Positions 37,403 to 51,350 of a stretch of 64,000 nt of DNA are shown in pieces. Position numbers and translations under genes: made by a program. Below the pieces are notes generated by a model. The model saw nothing but the letters and a program-made list of their open reading frames with translations. It ran no database searches and was not told where the DNA came from. The stretch is taken from the NCBI GenBank assembly GCA_028534125.1, contig CM052816.1, positions 53,632,001-53,696,000 on the forward strand. Reading direction: 5' to 3'. Every line of letters begins with the position of its first letter. Within the stretch, counting starts at the first letter, position 1. The stretch is from Lama glama. Taxonomy: Eukaryota.

Positions 37403-39929
37403 CATTATTTTAGACTTACCTCAAAGAGTCATTGTGTCTCCATATAAGGTTTTAAACTTTTTTCCACCATTTTTACTTATAATATTTAATATTAGTTAGG
37501 GTCTATACCATATTAAAAATTTTTTTATATAGCACTTTTATAGTTTCAGTTGTTCAAAGCTTACTCTACTTTCTTACTACTTTTCCTACTATTTTCATTG
37601 ATAACTTTATCTCATTCATTCTGTGTTCTCGTTATGTAGTGACTCATGAATATTTGTTGAATAGTGTATAGAGGAATCTTTCACATACTCACCTGATATT
37701 AGATGGTATAATTTATGTGACGATGCCTAGCGAAGTGTTTGGCTCATAATTTTGCATCATAAATGTTTCAAGTCCTTTACTCAATTGAATGAATCAGATT
37801 CTACTAATATTTACTGTCTCTTTAGCCAGTGTAGTTAAAAAATAAAGCATGACCAGATTCAGTGGACCTTATACAGAAGAAAAACCTAACTTAGTAATCC
37901 TATTGTATTATACTGAGGTATTATTGCATCACCCTGAAGTTAATTACATATAGGTCCAAAACAGTCATTTTCTTTATGTCATTTCTTGAGTCTTTGTTGT
38001 GGTTTGGGTTAATTGACTTGGAATTGTCACACAGATGTTGAATGAACTTTACATTCAGGATTTTAGAAATCTCTATACCATTCTTCAGAAACATCTTTAT
38101 TTGCGAAGTTGAGATTATGCCATAAGTATAGTTAATTCTTCTATGTTTTCAGCAGAAAACTATAGACCAATTATAAGATCATTGTCTTTCCTTTAATAAT
38201 TTAGTTGGCGAGATAAGGCTAATGTGAGCTAATAGTAATACAAATATATAATTAATGTTAAATTATGTAATAATTCTCAACTTTTCAGTGTGTTATACCT
38301 ACCAGAAGGTATTTATTATAAGCATTTATTTCTGTAAACAATGATTTACTGAAGAAGATGAAATTTTGAAATGTCTAAACACATTGTAGTTTGAGATGTT
38401 GAAAATATTGGAGCCCTGAGTTGTTGATATATTATGAAGAGGTACAGGCTCCTCATTGTGCATTACTTTCTCGTGCTCAGGAGTCCAGTATTGCTGGTAT
38501 GAAAATAAACTCCACTAATGATTTCTGTAGCATGCTTTTGTCTTTGTCATCATCTTCAGGTTCTGAAGATCTAAATCCCTCGAGTTCTAATAACTCCAGT
38601 TTTGGTAACTGATTTATCCTGTTAATTCTGCTTAGCTGGTTGAATTTTATGGTCACCAGATCTAGTTCTGGAGATGTTAACAATGTATTTGCCATGCTGT
38701 ATATGTAAATTGGATCTTACTTTTTTTTACTTACAAAGGACATAAAATATTAGGCAATTTTAATGTTTTATTGATCTTTCAGTAAGTAAATGTCATTTGT
38801 TCCAAGACGGCTATTAACAAAAGAAGAAACTATATTATGGTATCTGCAGTGCATTCCTAGTTGTTTTCATCTTCACATAAATAAGACTGTTAGTTCCACA
38901 AAGGGCTGACTACACAAGTTAAGGATTGTCACTTTAGTGGTGCAGTAAGGTTCCTATAATTTCATTCTTGAAATATACTTCAAATCAAACAAGATTTTAC
39001 CACATTGAACAAAAAAATTCATGAAATACTGTAGAGTTCTAGTTTGCAACAGATTTTTTAAATATTCCATTTTATTTGCTTAGCTTGCATTTCTTTTTGG
39101 AGAAAAGTCAGTTCTGACTTTCACAATTTATCGTAAATACTTAACCAAGAAAATATTCATCCCTTGATATAGGATGTGTTATTTTAAGATCCCTGATTTT
39201 GTGAAATCCAAGGAGATTATCTGGAATACTTAAGTTCAAGCCTTACCATTGAATCCCAATGAGATATTATGTTATTTCTAAAAATATTTAGAATTTAGAG
39301 TAACATTACTAGAAACGAATGGTTAAAACAAAACAAAAAAATCAGACAGATGGTCGGTTGAAATGTTCTTTTTTACTGCAGAAAAGTTAAAATGCTCATG
39401 AAATGACAAATGTATTATAGTGAAGTAATTTGACAGTATTGCAGTTGTGTATATAAATGAACTACTGACAAAAACAAATTGCCTACAGTCCACATTCAAA
39501 ATTTAAAGTGAAGAGCCCAAAGTAGAATAATCAAGAAGGAAATGATTTTCCTATATTTCACATTATTATGAAAAACATTCTTTGGTTTGTATACTTAGGG
39601 AAGACTTATTTAGCATGTCAGCTGGAAAGAATTCATAGATCTACAAAAGTGAACAATTTATTGTCAATGTCTGCTTATTGATGGGCTGATTATTTGTATT
39701 GCTGATAGGAGCCGGCCTAATTAGAAGGCCAGCGTCTTTAATTCTGCAGCTGAGTGAGTTAGCGTGGTGGCTGGACAAGCAAGAGACTTATAAATACGGC
39801 TGGTCCCAAGATCATGGATTGGCAGAGCTACACAGCCCCCATCTTTACTCTAGGAATTTTTTTTTTTTTTCTTAAGTTTCTTAAAGCCTAGGTTAAGAAT
39901 GTGGTCATGAAGAATGAGGGGGGAATGTT

Positions 39930-41640
39930 AGTACTATGAGGGCAGAGAGGTAAGGGGTACAGTGGAAGGTTGGGGGCCAGATTGTACAGGGCCTTGTAAG
40001 GACTTTGGATTTTACTCTGAGTGTGAAGAGAAGCCTTCGGAAGGTTTTAAGCAAAATGGGCATTTAGAAATCAGTTAATAACTATTAAGTGCCTGGTGTG
40101 GGCCAGATATATTTCTTGTTTCAAAAAGATTATGGTCTGTAGGATAACTGGGACCTGTTTATTCATTTCTAATTTTTTTCTTTAACTAAAAAAATTAGAG
40201 AAGTAATCTATTGATTCAACAAATATGAGTGCCTTCTTAAGAATGTTAGGTACTGTTCTTAACGCTGGGGATTAATCAGTGGACAAAGTGCCTGCTCTCA
40301 CGGAGCGTATATTCCGTGATAGGCAGTAAGCAAGAAGACAGTAAACAAGTCACTATATGATTGGTCATTTGATGACAAGAACTGATGTAGAGAAAAATAA
40401 GGCAGGGAAAGCGGATAGAGTTAGGGTGGAGGCTGGATTGAGTTTGAAATAGCAGGGTCAGGAAAAGATCCTTGAGGATACCTGAAGTAGGTGAGGGAGT
40501 GACATGCTGATGTCTGGGGAGGAGTATTCAGTCAGGAGGAGTTGCAAGTGCTCCGGCCCTGAGGCAGGAGAATTTCTGACCTGTGTGAGGATCGACAAAG
40601 AGGCCAGTATGTCTGGATAAAGTGAATGAAGGAAGCGGGGCAAATTAATATGAGGTCAGAGAGGTAAGGGGCAGATTGTGTAGGACTTTGTAAATCACTG
40701 CAAGGACTTTGATTTTACTCTGTGTGAGAAGAGAAGCCGTTGGAGGGTTTTGAACAGAGTCAGGTGATCCAGTTTACCTTTACATTGTGTCTCTTTGTCT
40801 CCTGAACTAGGAATAGGCTGCAGATCTGAGGCAGGGAGGCCAGCAAGGAGACTACTGCAGTAGCCAGGCAAGAGAAAGTGATTTCTAAATCCAGCTGGTG
40901 TTAGTGCAGAGGCGTGGTTCTGGATGTATTTTGAAAGTGGAGCCAATGAGGTTTGATGATGGTTCAGATGTGGTTCAGATGTGGTGTGTCAGATAAAAAG
41001 GTTATCAAGGATGGACACAAGGTTTTTTTGCCTAAACAGCTGGAAGTTTGGAATTGCTGTCAACTAAAATGAAAAAGGTTGTGTGCAGAGGAATTTTTTA
41101 AATGAGGAAGAGGTTCAAGAGCTTGAGCATGTTAAGTCTGAGGTGCCTATTAGGCATCCAGGTGGAGATACTAAATAGGCAGTTGGATATATGAGTCTGG
41201 AACTTAGGAGAAGAGTTAGGCTAGAGACATAAATTTGGGAGCCATAAGGTTATATAGATGGTATCAAGTACCGTGGATGAAGTGAGACATCAAGGGAGTG
41301 AATGTAGAAAGTGAAGAGGTCAGAGTACTAAGCTCTGGGGCCTCCCTGGAGTAATCGTGTCAGATAGTACCAACAGTGTCAAGTAAGGTGATTACTGACA
41401 AGTGGGTTTTGAGTTTGTCAATTCGGAGGACTTTGGTGACTTTGACAAACAGTTTAGAAGCAGTGCTGAGACTGAAAGCTTGACTAGAGTAGGTTCAAGG
41501 GAGAAAGGAGAACTGTATTAGTGTATAAGGGGGTAGAGAAATGGAGGGATACCTGGAAGGGAATGTTAGGTCAAGGGTTTTTTTTTTTTTAAGATGGGAG
41601 AAACTGCATTAACTTGCTTGCTGATGGAACCATCTGATGA
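39930..41640 (+). mobile_element. L2 fragments
   Basis: GGACTTTGGATTTTACTCTGAGTG, GGCAGGGAGGCCAG..GAGACTACTGCAG, ATAGGCAGTTGGATATATGAGTCTGG. Confidence 0.8.
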
Positions 41641-42216
41641 AGAGGAAAGAATAAACTGATGATGCAACAGAGAAAAGATAATCACTGGGCTGATATTCCC
41701 TCTTTCTTATAAAAAATTTAGCAAATACAGATTAGCTAAAAAATAACAACCATAATTTCAACACCCATAGAGAATCAGTTAACAAGATATAGGTCTTCAA
41801 GTCTTTGTTCTTTTGTGTATGTATTATATATTTTTCAATCAAAACTATATGTTTTTCTAGTGTAATGTGGCGTTGTAATTTGCTCTTTTCACTTATGAAT
41901 ATATGGAGCTTGTTCATTTCTTAAAGTCATAGTCCTTTTAGGACAAATTGTAATAAAGCCACTATTTTGAAAGAACCACTCAACTATTAGAAAAGTAAAC
42001 AACTATAGTTATATAAATGAAATTATATGGCTAGCTCCACTAAAGGTTTTAAACAGTGTTTGGTATAGAGTAGAACCTTGTTAATTATTAAATACAAAAA
42101 TAAAGGGAATAACCTAAAAAAAGAAACAATACTAACGATGTTAGGTGTTAGCACTGACCAGGGCTTTCCATGGATACCTGTATACATATGAGGGGGTGGG
42201 AACAGCATGTACATGA

Positions 42217-42411
42217 GCTGTGCTGTTAAGTACAGCAGACACTAGCCAGAGGTAGCTATTTAAACTTAATCAAATTAAAATAAAAATTTTAGTTTCTGAG
42301 TCACACTAGCCACATTTTTATGTGCTCAGTGTAGCTAGCAGTTACTATATTCGATAGTGCAGATAAGGAATTTTATTTCCATCCTCACAGAGCATTCTGT
42401 TGGACACTGCT
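42217..42411. mobile_element. MER3-like hAT-Charlie MITE
   Basis: AGTCACACTAGCCACATTT..GTGCTCA...TTCTGTTGGACACTGCT. Confidence 0.75.
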
Positions 42412-43114
42412 AGTTTAGAGACAAGTATTTAAGGCATACTCAGAGAACAGGAAAAAGTTCAATATGGCTGGAACACAGAGTGGAGGGAAATGTGGCACTG
42501 GTGAAAGATGGTTGATAGGTAGTCAGGGTCCACATTATGAAGGGTCTTGTATACTGTGCTCATAAATTTGAACTTTGTCATAAAGTTTTGCACAGTAAGG
42601 AGCTACTAAAGAATTTTAAGTAGAGATGCATTGTAGTAAGATTTACATTTTAGAACAGTCACTCTTGCTGCACCTAGGTGTTTGGAATGGTCAACTATGT
42701 GTGATATTGGAAACCCAGAATATAAAGTGTTGAGTTCCGTTTTGGACCTGTTGAGTTTAGTAGTTGGGTGTCCATTAAGCCATTGGATACATGGGTGCGG
42801 TACGCAGGAGAGATACCTAGGTTGGAGATACAGATTTGGAAGTCATCAGTTGTTAAATGATTTGAAAGGAAGATGTGTGGTATGTGAGGAGAAGGCCAAG
42901 GAGGAATCTTAGTGCTAAGTTAACATTGAAGGGAGTGGGAAAATTGAAGCTCACTTAGAAGACTAAGAGGAGAGGATGAAGTTTGGGAAAATCCTTGAAG
43001 TTCATTATACAAACAGCTTTTGCGTTGTGTTTAAAATTGAGGAAAAGGGTCAAACCCATTTCCTACTTATGCAGGAAGAAGATTTAAGATAAAATTGCTT
43101 ATTGTGGCTTGCTG

Positions 43115-43370
43115 AGGCCATATGGCATAATGCTTAAACACACCCACTCTGGAGCTCCTCTGCCTGGTGTGAAAACTGTCACAAACTTAGTAAGTGGTAC
43201 TTGGGCAGATTACCTACCACTCTGTGCCCTTGGTTTCTTTATCTGTAAAATGGGGAGGAGGAGGATAATAGTACCTGCACTCACCGAATTATTGTGAGAA
43301 TTAAAAGATTTAACGTATGTTAACAGTTAACAATGCCTGATAAATAATAGCACAACGATTATTATCACTA
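43115..43370 (+). mobile_element. MIR
   Basis: CTCTGTGCCCTTGGTTTCTTTATCTGTAAAATGGGG..GATAATAGTACCT. Confidence 0.8.
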
Positions 43371-43750
43371 TTTTAACATCATTAAGATCAATTGAGTTTT
43401 TTAAAAGCTTTGTTTTTAATGTAATATACTTTTCAACTTAAAATTTTAGAATCATTGTTAATTTTCATGTTAACCATTGCTTTATGTTTTTATTTTACAA
43501 ATTATTGTTAAATTTGACATTTTTCCGAATTATATTTCACAAGTACCTGAAACTACTAAATGATGTAAAGTATCTTTAATATGCACTACATAAAATAAAT
43601 TAAGTTAATAAGCACTAGGCAGATTCTTCTGTGTGGTTATCAAGGATTTGGGAATAATGATTATAGATAGTATAAGGAAGTAAAAAATGGATTTTTTGTT
43701 TAGCCTTCAATCTTGCTGATAGATATTCTGTTGCTTTAAACTTGTCTATT

Positions 43751-43860
43751 TTGCTTGTTTGTTTGTTTTGGAGGGGGAAGGTAATTAGGTTTGTTTATTT
43801 ATTTTTGTTTGGAGGAGATCCTGGGGATTGAACCCAGGACTTGAGCTACACCCTCCCACC
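43751..43860 (-). mobile_element. tRNA-derived SINE (Vic-1-like), copy 3, internally deleted
   Basis: CTGGGGATTGAACCCAGGAC|TTGAGCTACACCCTCCC; TSD TTGTCTATT (43742-43750, 43868-43876). Confidence 0.8.
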
Positions 43861-44860
43861 TCTTAAGTTGTCTATTCTTAAAGAAGGAGTACTTTTTTCT
43901 TAAAAGAAGAGGAACTTGTATGCATTTTGCTTGAACAGAAATTGAAGGAGTAGAGTGTTTCAGGAAGGAGTTAAGTGGTGAGCAGTGCCAGCTGCTCCTG
44001 AGTAGTCCAGTAGAATAAAGTCAAAGGTCGGGTTTCTTGGAGTTAGTGATAAAACAGTTGTTCGTGACCGAGGTGGTGGTCCGAGCAGTGTTAGGGGAAA
44101 TCAGATTGCAGAGGATTGACAGTTGGGCAAGAAGTGAGTAAAGGAAGACCACTTCTCCAAACAACTTGGCTTTCAGGGAAGGAGACAGGGTTGTTACGTA
44201 TTTGAGAATGTATTGAGGTGAGAGAGCAATATACTTGGTTGTCTGTGACTAAATAATTGTACTTTTCACTAGATTTAATCAAATCCTGTCAAAAACCTAT
44301 TCTTGAGGTATGTTTGTGATTACTGAAAAAGTTACTCCAATATCAGCCCCAGATAAAGGGAGCAGCCAGGTAATTAAAGGAACACAAATGGCTACTGCAT
44401 TAGTGAGCACAGGAACGCAAACATCCTGTGTTTGTTTCTTTTCTGAAATAATGGTGACAATAGAGGATAGTTTCTGTTGTATTTTTATTTGGCACACAGA
44501 AAAGTGGGCAACCTTGGGTCATTATCCAGAATTTCTGTTGCAATTTTGCCTAGTTCTTGATATCCAGGAGTCTGGGACACTCTTCTGAATATTTGAGCTC
44601 ATAACCTTCAGAGGCAGTAAGAATTTTACAAACACTTTTTATGTACTTTAATACAATCAAAATAGATTACTCATATTTAACGTTGCATGTTGTAGAAATG
44701 CTAGGGTGAATTAAAAGTAAATAAAGTTAAAAGCATGTAATTCTGCCTGACAGAATCAACAATTGTAAAATAACAAATTGGTTTTCTCAAGGTAATTGAA
44801 TACTTGAACATTTCTTTAAAGAGAAAATGTGGTTAAGTTTCTGGAAGTCAGAGAGATTTT

Positions 44861-44864
<4 letters not shown>

Positions 44865-44891
<27 letters not shown>
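44865..44891. repeat. (CA)n microsatellite
   Basis: Direct read. Confidence 0.95.
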
Positions 44892-45059
44892 GCCAATCTA
44901 TTCTGGTACCTTGTACAATACTTAACAAATGATTTTAGATTATAATGACCCACAAGTGATTTTTTTCTTCTTTTCTTTCACATTCTTAGTATTTTAAAAC
45001 TTCCTTGATGTGGCAAAAATTGTAAAAATTTTCAGTATAGTTTGGTCAGTATCATGTTT

Positions 45060-45220
45060 TATTTTTTATTTTTATTTTTTTAAACTACCTTTTTTTGGGG
45101 GGGTGGTAATTAGGTTTATTTATTTATTTAAATATATAGGTATATGGAGGTACTGGGGATTGAACCCAGGACCTCATGCATGCTATGCATATACTCTGCC
45201 ACTGAGCTATACCCTCCCCC
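45060..45220 (-). mobile_element. tRNA-derived SINE (Vic-1-like), copy 4
   Basis: GGAGGTACTGGGGATTGAACCCAGGACCTCATGCATGC...CACTGAGCTATACCCTCCCC with tail GGTAATTAGGTTTATTT. Confidence 0.9.
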
Positions 45221-46867
45221 ACCAGTACTGTGTGTTTTATATTTCAAAAATTTAAAACCACTTGTGGAAATAAATTTATCTTTTGAAAATGGCGATTATA
45301 GATGGCTAGTTTTTCAGCAGATGGCAAAATTTAAAACAATCAGGTAAACTTCAGTGATTTGCACTTTCAGGTTTTTTTTCCTGTCAAGTAGGAATTTGTA
45401 GGACCTTTTTTCTATGCCTGCATTGCTTTCATCAGGAAACTTGATAGGTCCATGTGACTTTTTTAAAAAATTGTGATAAAAAATACGCAACATAAAATTT
45501 GCCATTTTAGTCATTTTTAAATGTACAGTTTGTTAGTGTTACGTATATTCACATTGTTGTGCAGCAGATCCTCAGAACTTTTTCATCTTGAAACAGTGCC
45601 AGGTGACTTTTTAAAAACTGAATTTTTTACTGAGATTTTCAAGTGCTTCAGGGACAAAGCTTATCTAAGGTAGAGATTGCATATTGGTTTCCTCAATTCC
45701 CTACACAGAAGGCTGATCCAAACTCATCAGTTGGAAAACTTGCCTTCTGTGGCCTTGGGAAGTTTTTTTTTTTTCCTGAAGAATTTAAAAATTAATCTAG
45801 CTTTGAGTTGGCGTATCTTATTAACATAGTTGTAGAAAACTTATATTTATTCTACTTTAGTTTATGGATTTCTTGGAGGAAAATCTGATACTGATAATTC
45901 TCAAACTTGATGCACACACTGACTCTTTGGCATGTCTGTATTTATGCCCATCTGTTACTGTGGCACCATGCCCATTATTGCAGTGGCATGCCAATAGCAG
46001 TGAGGCATGTGAGCCAACAAAGATGAATTGTTTGGATGGAATACACTATTCTGTAATACTAATTAATTTTGAGCTGATGAATCTACATGAGATAATGTTA
46101 ACCAAATATAGTCAGAGTAATGTCAGTGAAAATAAAATTTACTTAGACTTATACAGAAGTGTATCACAGATGCTTTAGACTACTATTGAGAATAGTTAGA
46201 ATTAGTGTTTATTATGGTTCCAGTGATCAGTTTTCTTTTCATAAAAATTTTGAATTTAAAAGAAAAAGATGGCAACAGTTTTCTTGTGGTTGATTATAGA
46301 GTAGGAAGTGTTGTGGAACCATAGACTATGGATTTTATATTTATATATTTTATATTTATACGATACTACTTTATAGTTCTTAAAATGTTTTCTTAATAAA
46401 CTCAACTTTAAGTTGACAGCAGTGTGGTAGTTGGGTTTCAAAACAAGACTCAAATTTAACTCCTTGCTTTGCCATGCCCTAGTTCTGTGGTGGTATACTT
46501 AAAAATTGTGTGCTTAGAATTTCTTATGTGTTGTGTAATTTTCTACTTGTATGTTGTCCTTAAATTTTCTGAGCTGCAGTTTCCTTATTGATTAAATGGT
46601 AATAATAATAGCCACACATGCTTCATAGAGACTTTGTATTACTAAAATAAATAATGTTACAAGGTCTAGAAAACAATACCACTATCAGGTGGCTAAATTA
46701 ATTATATGTTATAAATGTAAGGCATGTTAGTGGAAAGTTAGTAATATAGAAAGTATATAACTTCCATTTCTATACCCCTAGAGAAAAGCACAATGAAAAA
46801 ATTCTGAAAAAGTTCAATGTAAAAGTTCTTATCCTAGGAAATTAAAAAAAAATTTTAAAATGATTAT

Positions 46868-46902
46868 ACACACACACACACACACACACGCACGCACGCA
46901 CT
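46868..46902. repeat. Compound (CA)n(CACG)n microsatellite
   Basis: Direct read. Confidence 0.95.
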
Positions 46903-48202
46903 TCTCTATCTTGCTTTTCCTTGAATGTGTTTTGGAGGTCTGTCCATATCAGCGTATGAAACTATTTCAATCTTCTTAACCACTGTGTAATATTTCCTAG
47001 TATTCCTTTTTTTAATTAATTCTCTTCTTTAAGGACATTTTATTGATTTTACTTTCTGTCAAATATAAGAAATACTGCAACACAAATTTTTGTATATTTT
47101 TGTGAATTTATTTATTTGTAGGAAAAATTCCTAGAGATGGAGTTGTAAGTCAAAGTTACTACATTTTAAATTATGATAGATCTTACTAAATTACCTTCCA
47201 TAGGGATTGCACTAGTTTCCTCCCTCCACTGGTGGTAAAGTAGGTTTTCCTTACACCTTTGCCAGTGTTGAGTATCATCAAATTTCATAATACTTGCCAA
47301 TCTTATAGGTACAAATTGTTATTATACTGAGTCCTTATAATTGTGAGTGCATTAAGTCTTCTCCCTCCTATTTATTGGTTATTCTCTCAGTAAAATACTT
47401 TTCAATATCCTTTGTCCATTTCCCTATTGGATCAACACTTAATTGATCAGTTAAAGGCCCTTTGTATTTTAAGGAAATTAGCATTTCTGTCAGATGAATC
47501 CCAAATTCATTTTCTTTGTTTTTCGACTACTTTATGGCATTTATTTTTAGTGCAAAAGTTTTACAACTTTCTGTGTTTATATTTATCAATTTTTAAAGTA
47601 GCTTTGAGACTTCCCCAATCTTTTAATCTTTCAATTGGAAGTGGCATTTTTGGTTTATGGTGCTCTTAAACTGTGAAAAAGAACTTTTGCCTGTTCAAAC
47701 TTTTTTTTTTTGGTCTCAGCATATATAAATCAAATAGCTTGGTGGCTCTGTGAGATTCCCTTTAAAACTTTAAGGCTGAGTAGTCACATTCTAGAAGATA
47801 TTCCTAATATCCTGAGCAAAAGTAGAATCAATGTCTTGCTGCCTGCCAAGAGAATGAGTAGCTGAGGGCATTGGTAAAGGGTTTGGCAAATACGGAGACT
47901 TCTGTGATACATGTATAGCATCATGGTTTTAAAAACATGCACACATGGTATGTATGAAGGGAAGATGTATGCCTAATTTTTAACCTTTATTGGAGTCATG
48001 GACCCTTTTGAGAATCTAGTGAAAGCTTAGAGTTTTTCTGTATCCCTCTAAGGAGCACATTTAGTGTATAACTTATGTTCATTTATTCTTTCAACTAATA
48101 CTTACTGTATGCCTGTTACAGGCCTGTAAGGAGTTTAGTGTGCTTGAGAAAATAACCATAGCCTACATTTATAGACTCTTTGTAGACCTTCTTTTGGGTC
48201 CT

Positions 48203-48245
48203 TATATATATATATACACACACACACATATATATATATATATAT
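48203..48245. repeat. Compound (TA)n(CA)n(TA)n microsatellite
   Basis: Direct read. Confidence 0.95.
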
Positions 48246-48679
48246 CTGTGATTATTCCTGCCATATTATCTTTGCAAAATTTTTGTGGTTGTCCCTTGTC
48301 ATTTCACACCTCAGCTTAAATGTTCACCTCTACCCACAGAGGTCTTTTGTGATTACCCAGTCTTACTTTATTGCATTACCCTATTTTAATTCTTTGAGTA
48401 CTACTTATTTGTCTACCTTTATATTTTCCTTCCCTTTCCCTCCCACTTCACCTCCCTCCCTCCCTCTTCCTCCTCCTGTCATTTTTGTCATTCTCCCCTC
48501 CAGCCCCCACTGAACTCTCACTTAGAGTATAAGTTTCAAGAGGTCAGGGACCCCAATACTTAGAACAGTTCCTGACACCTGGTAGATATTGAATAAATGA
48601 ATATGCTAGGCCCAGTGGTAAGTGCTTTACGCTGATCTCATTAAGTCTTCATAACAACCTATTTGAAAGATACCAACCT

Positions 48680-51350
48680 TTAGTTTTGTGGATTTTTCTC
48701 CATTGTAGTTCTCTATTAGATTGACTTCTCATCTTACCCTTTATACCCTTACTTATTCTTAAGTTTAATTTGCTATTCTTTGGCTATTTTTCTGAGATGG
48801 AAGCTTGGATTATTGATTTTCAGTCTTTCTTTTTTTATATTGTGTTTAGCAGTATAAATTTACTTCTAAGCACCGCTTTAGCTGTATCTCATGAGTTATG
48901 AAGTGTTGTAATTTCATTAGTCAATATAAAATAGTTTCTAATTTCCCTGATTATTTCTTCTTTGGCCCATAGGTTATTTAAAGTGTGTTGCTTATCTTTC
49001 CAAACATCTGGACATTTTCTAGTTATTTTTCTGTTATTGATTTTTAGTAAGATTCCACATTCTCTATATGATTTTAGACCTTTGAAATTTGTTGAGATCT
49101 TACATAGCATATAGTCTTTTTTGGTAAGTGTTTTATGTGCACTTGAAAAGAATGTTTATTTTGCAGTTGTTGGGTATGGTATTCTGTGCATGTCAGGTTA
49201 AGATGGTTAATTGTGGTGTTCAGATTTTCTACATCTTTATTGAATTTTTTAACTGCTTGTTGTGTCTGTTACTAAGAGAGGTGTTTTAAAATTGTCAAAC
49301 ATTATTGTGGATATGTGTTTTTCTTCTATTCTGTCAGGTTTTGCTTTATAGGTGGAAGCTATAAATTTAGAATACATATAAATTGCATATACATTTAGAA
49401 TTACTTTATCTTCCTTTTGAAATGGTATCCTTTTATATCCTGGCAGCAGACCCTCAGCTGTTATTGGTCTGAAAACCACGTTATTTCACTTTCAGTTTTG
49501 AAGGATATTTTTTAGTGGGTATAGAATTGTATGTCGGCTTTTGTTCTTTTAGCTTTTTAAAGATATTTCATTGTCTTCTGGCCTCTGTAATGTCTGTTGA
49601 AAAGTTGGCTATCAGTATTATTAAATTAGTCCTTTTAAATAAAGCAGGGGCTAGCAAACTATGGCCTGCCTGCTTATATAAATAAAGTTTTAATGGAACA
49701 CAGCCATGCCCATTTATTTATGTATTCTATGTAACTGATCTTACTCTACAGTGGTAGAGTTCAGTAGTTATATCAGAGATGGTATGGCCTATATTGTCTA
49801 AAATATTTACTGTCTGACCCTTTACTGAAGAGATTTGCTGACCCTTTCCTTAAGGAAATGTCTTTTTCCTCTGCTTTTAAGATTTTTTTTTTTAAATTTT
49901 CTTTCGCTTTTCAGCAATTTGACTCTGCTATGCCTAGTGTAGTTTTCTTTATGTTTTTCCTTTTTGTTTTTAAGATTTTTAAGTACATGGGTTTATATCT
50001 TTCATCAATTTGGAAAAATTCTTAGCCATTAACTTTTGAAATAATGCTTTTGTCTCATTCTTTCTCTCCTCTCTTCAGGATTCTAATTAAAGGTATTTTA
50101 GGTATTTTGAGTATATTCTACATGTCTCTGATGCTTTGTTCTGTGTTGTCCATTCTTTTATTTTTCTGTGCTTCAAATTATGTTTTTCTCTTGACCTGCC
50201 TTTAAGTTCAATAATCCTATCTTCTGCTATTTCCTGTCTACTGTTAAACCTATCTAGTAAGTTCCTATTTCATAAGCTGTATTTTTCATTTCTGAATATT
50301 CATTTGATTATTTTAAATAGATTCTACTGCTTCATTGACATTCTGTATCATTTTGTCTGTTTTGTCCAACCTTTCATGTATTTTTCTGACCATATTAATT
50401 TGTTTTAAAGTCCTTATCTGATAATTCAAGTATCTAAATTACCCATGGATCTGTTTCTGTTCCTTTGTGTTCTTTTTCTCCTCCCTCCCTCCCTCCCTTC
50501 CTTCCTCTTTTTCTTTTTCTTTCTTGTCATTTCTTCCCATTTTTAGCTTTTCTCTTAAGTTTTAATCAAATGTTAGGTAATTAGGATAAGAACATTGATG
50601 AGTCCCTGTATCACATCTTCTTCCGAAGAGGGTTGTGTTTTTTCCTGACAGGCAGGTGGAGTACTAGCAGATCATTTTGATTCTGTTTAAGTTCAGTCTT
50701 TGGCTTTTTAAGGTTTTGTCTGTTTTCACTTTTTCTTACACTCCTAGGAAACATCCTTACTCTCAGTTGTGGCCCTTCTGTGGCCTTAACTGAAAGGCCA
50801 GGGTATTTACCAATGCCTCTCTACTTGGGAGAGACTTGATTTCCACCTTCTTTTCCCAGCAGTGTATGGTTGCTGAAATCTCTGCTCAGGTATTTAATCG
50901 CTCAGCTGCTGTTCTCTACCGGATTTCCTGGAATCTTGCCCCATGAAAATGTAGTCAGCTATCTGAAGGGAGTTTGTACACAGATTTTTGTGTACCTTTT
51001 CACTGGTTCCCTCCTCTGTAATTTTACCCTTCACGTTCCAGTACCTTTGGTAGCCCCAAACTTTAGCATCTGTCTCCTCAGTCTTTTAAAACTGTCATTT
51101 CTCCTTGGATTCTGTTTTCTCAGCCAACAGTTTGGGAAATGCACTCGGGGGAAAAAGCTGATGTGAGTGAAAGGCTCACTTTGTCTTCTTTTCTTCTTTC
51201 CAGGATCTTGGCCCTTTAAGTCCTGACTGCATGGGTTGATATCCAGTGCCTTTAGAAAGTTATTTTATTTGTTTTTTCCAACTTTTATAGTTATTTTCTG
51301 TGGCAGGTTTAGATTCTTACAAGCTATAGCATCACGGGCAGATCTGGAAG
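48680..51350 (-). mobile_element. Old L1M 5' half (5'UTR/ORF1/endonuclease remnant)
   Basis: Minus-strand ORF remnants LNNLWAKEEIIREIRNYF and VILNVYA, plus T-rich ORF1-like sequence. Confidence 0.75.
49645..49846 (+). mobile_element. MER58A-like MITE nested in L1M
   Basis: CAGGGGCTAGCAAACTATGGCC...AATAAAGTTTTAATGGAACACAGCCA...TTTGCTGACCC; paralogous to 11102-11320. Confidence 0.85.
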
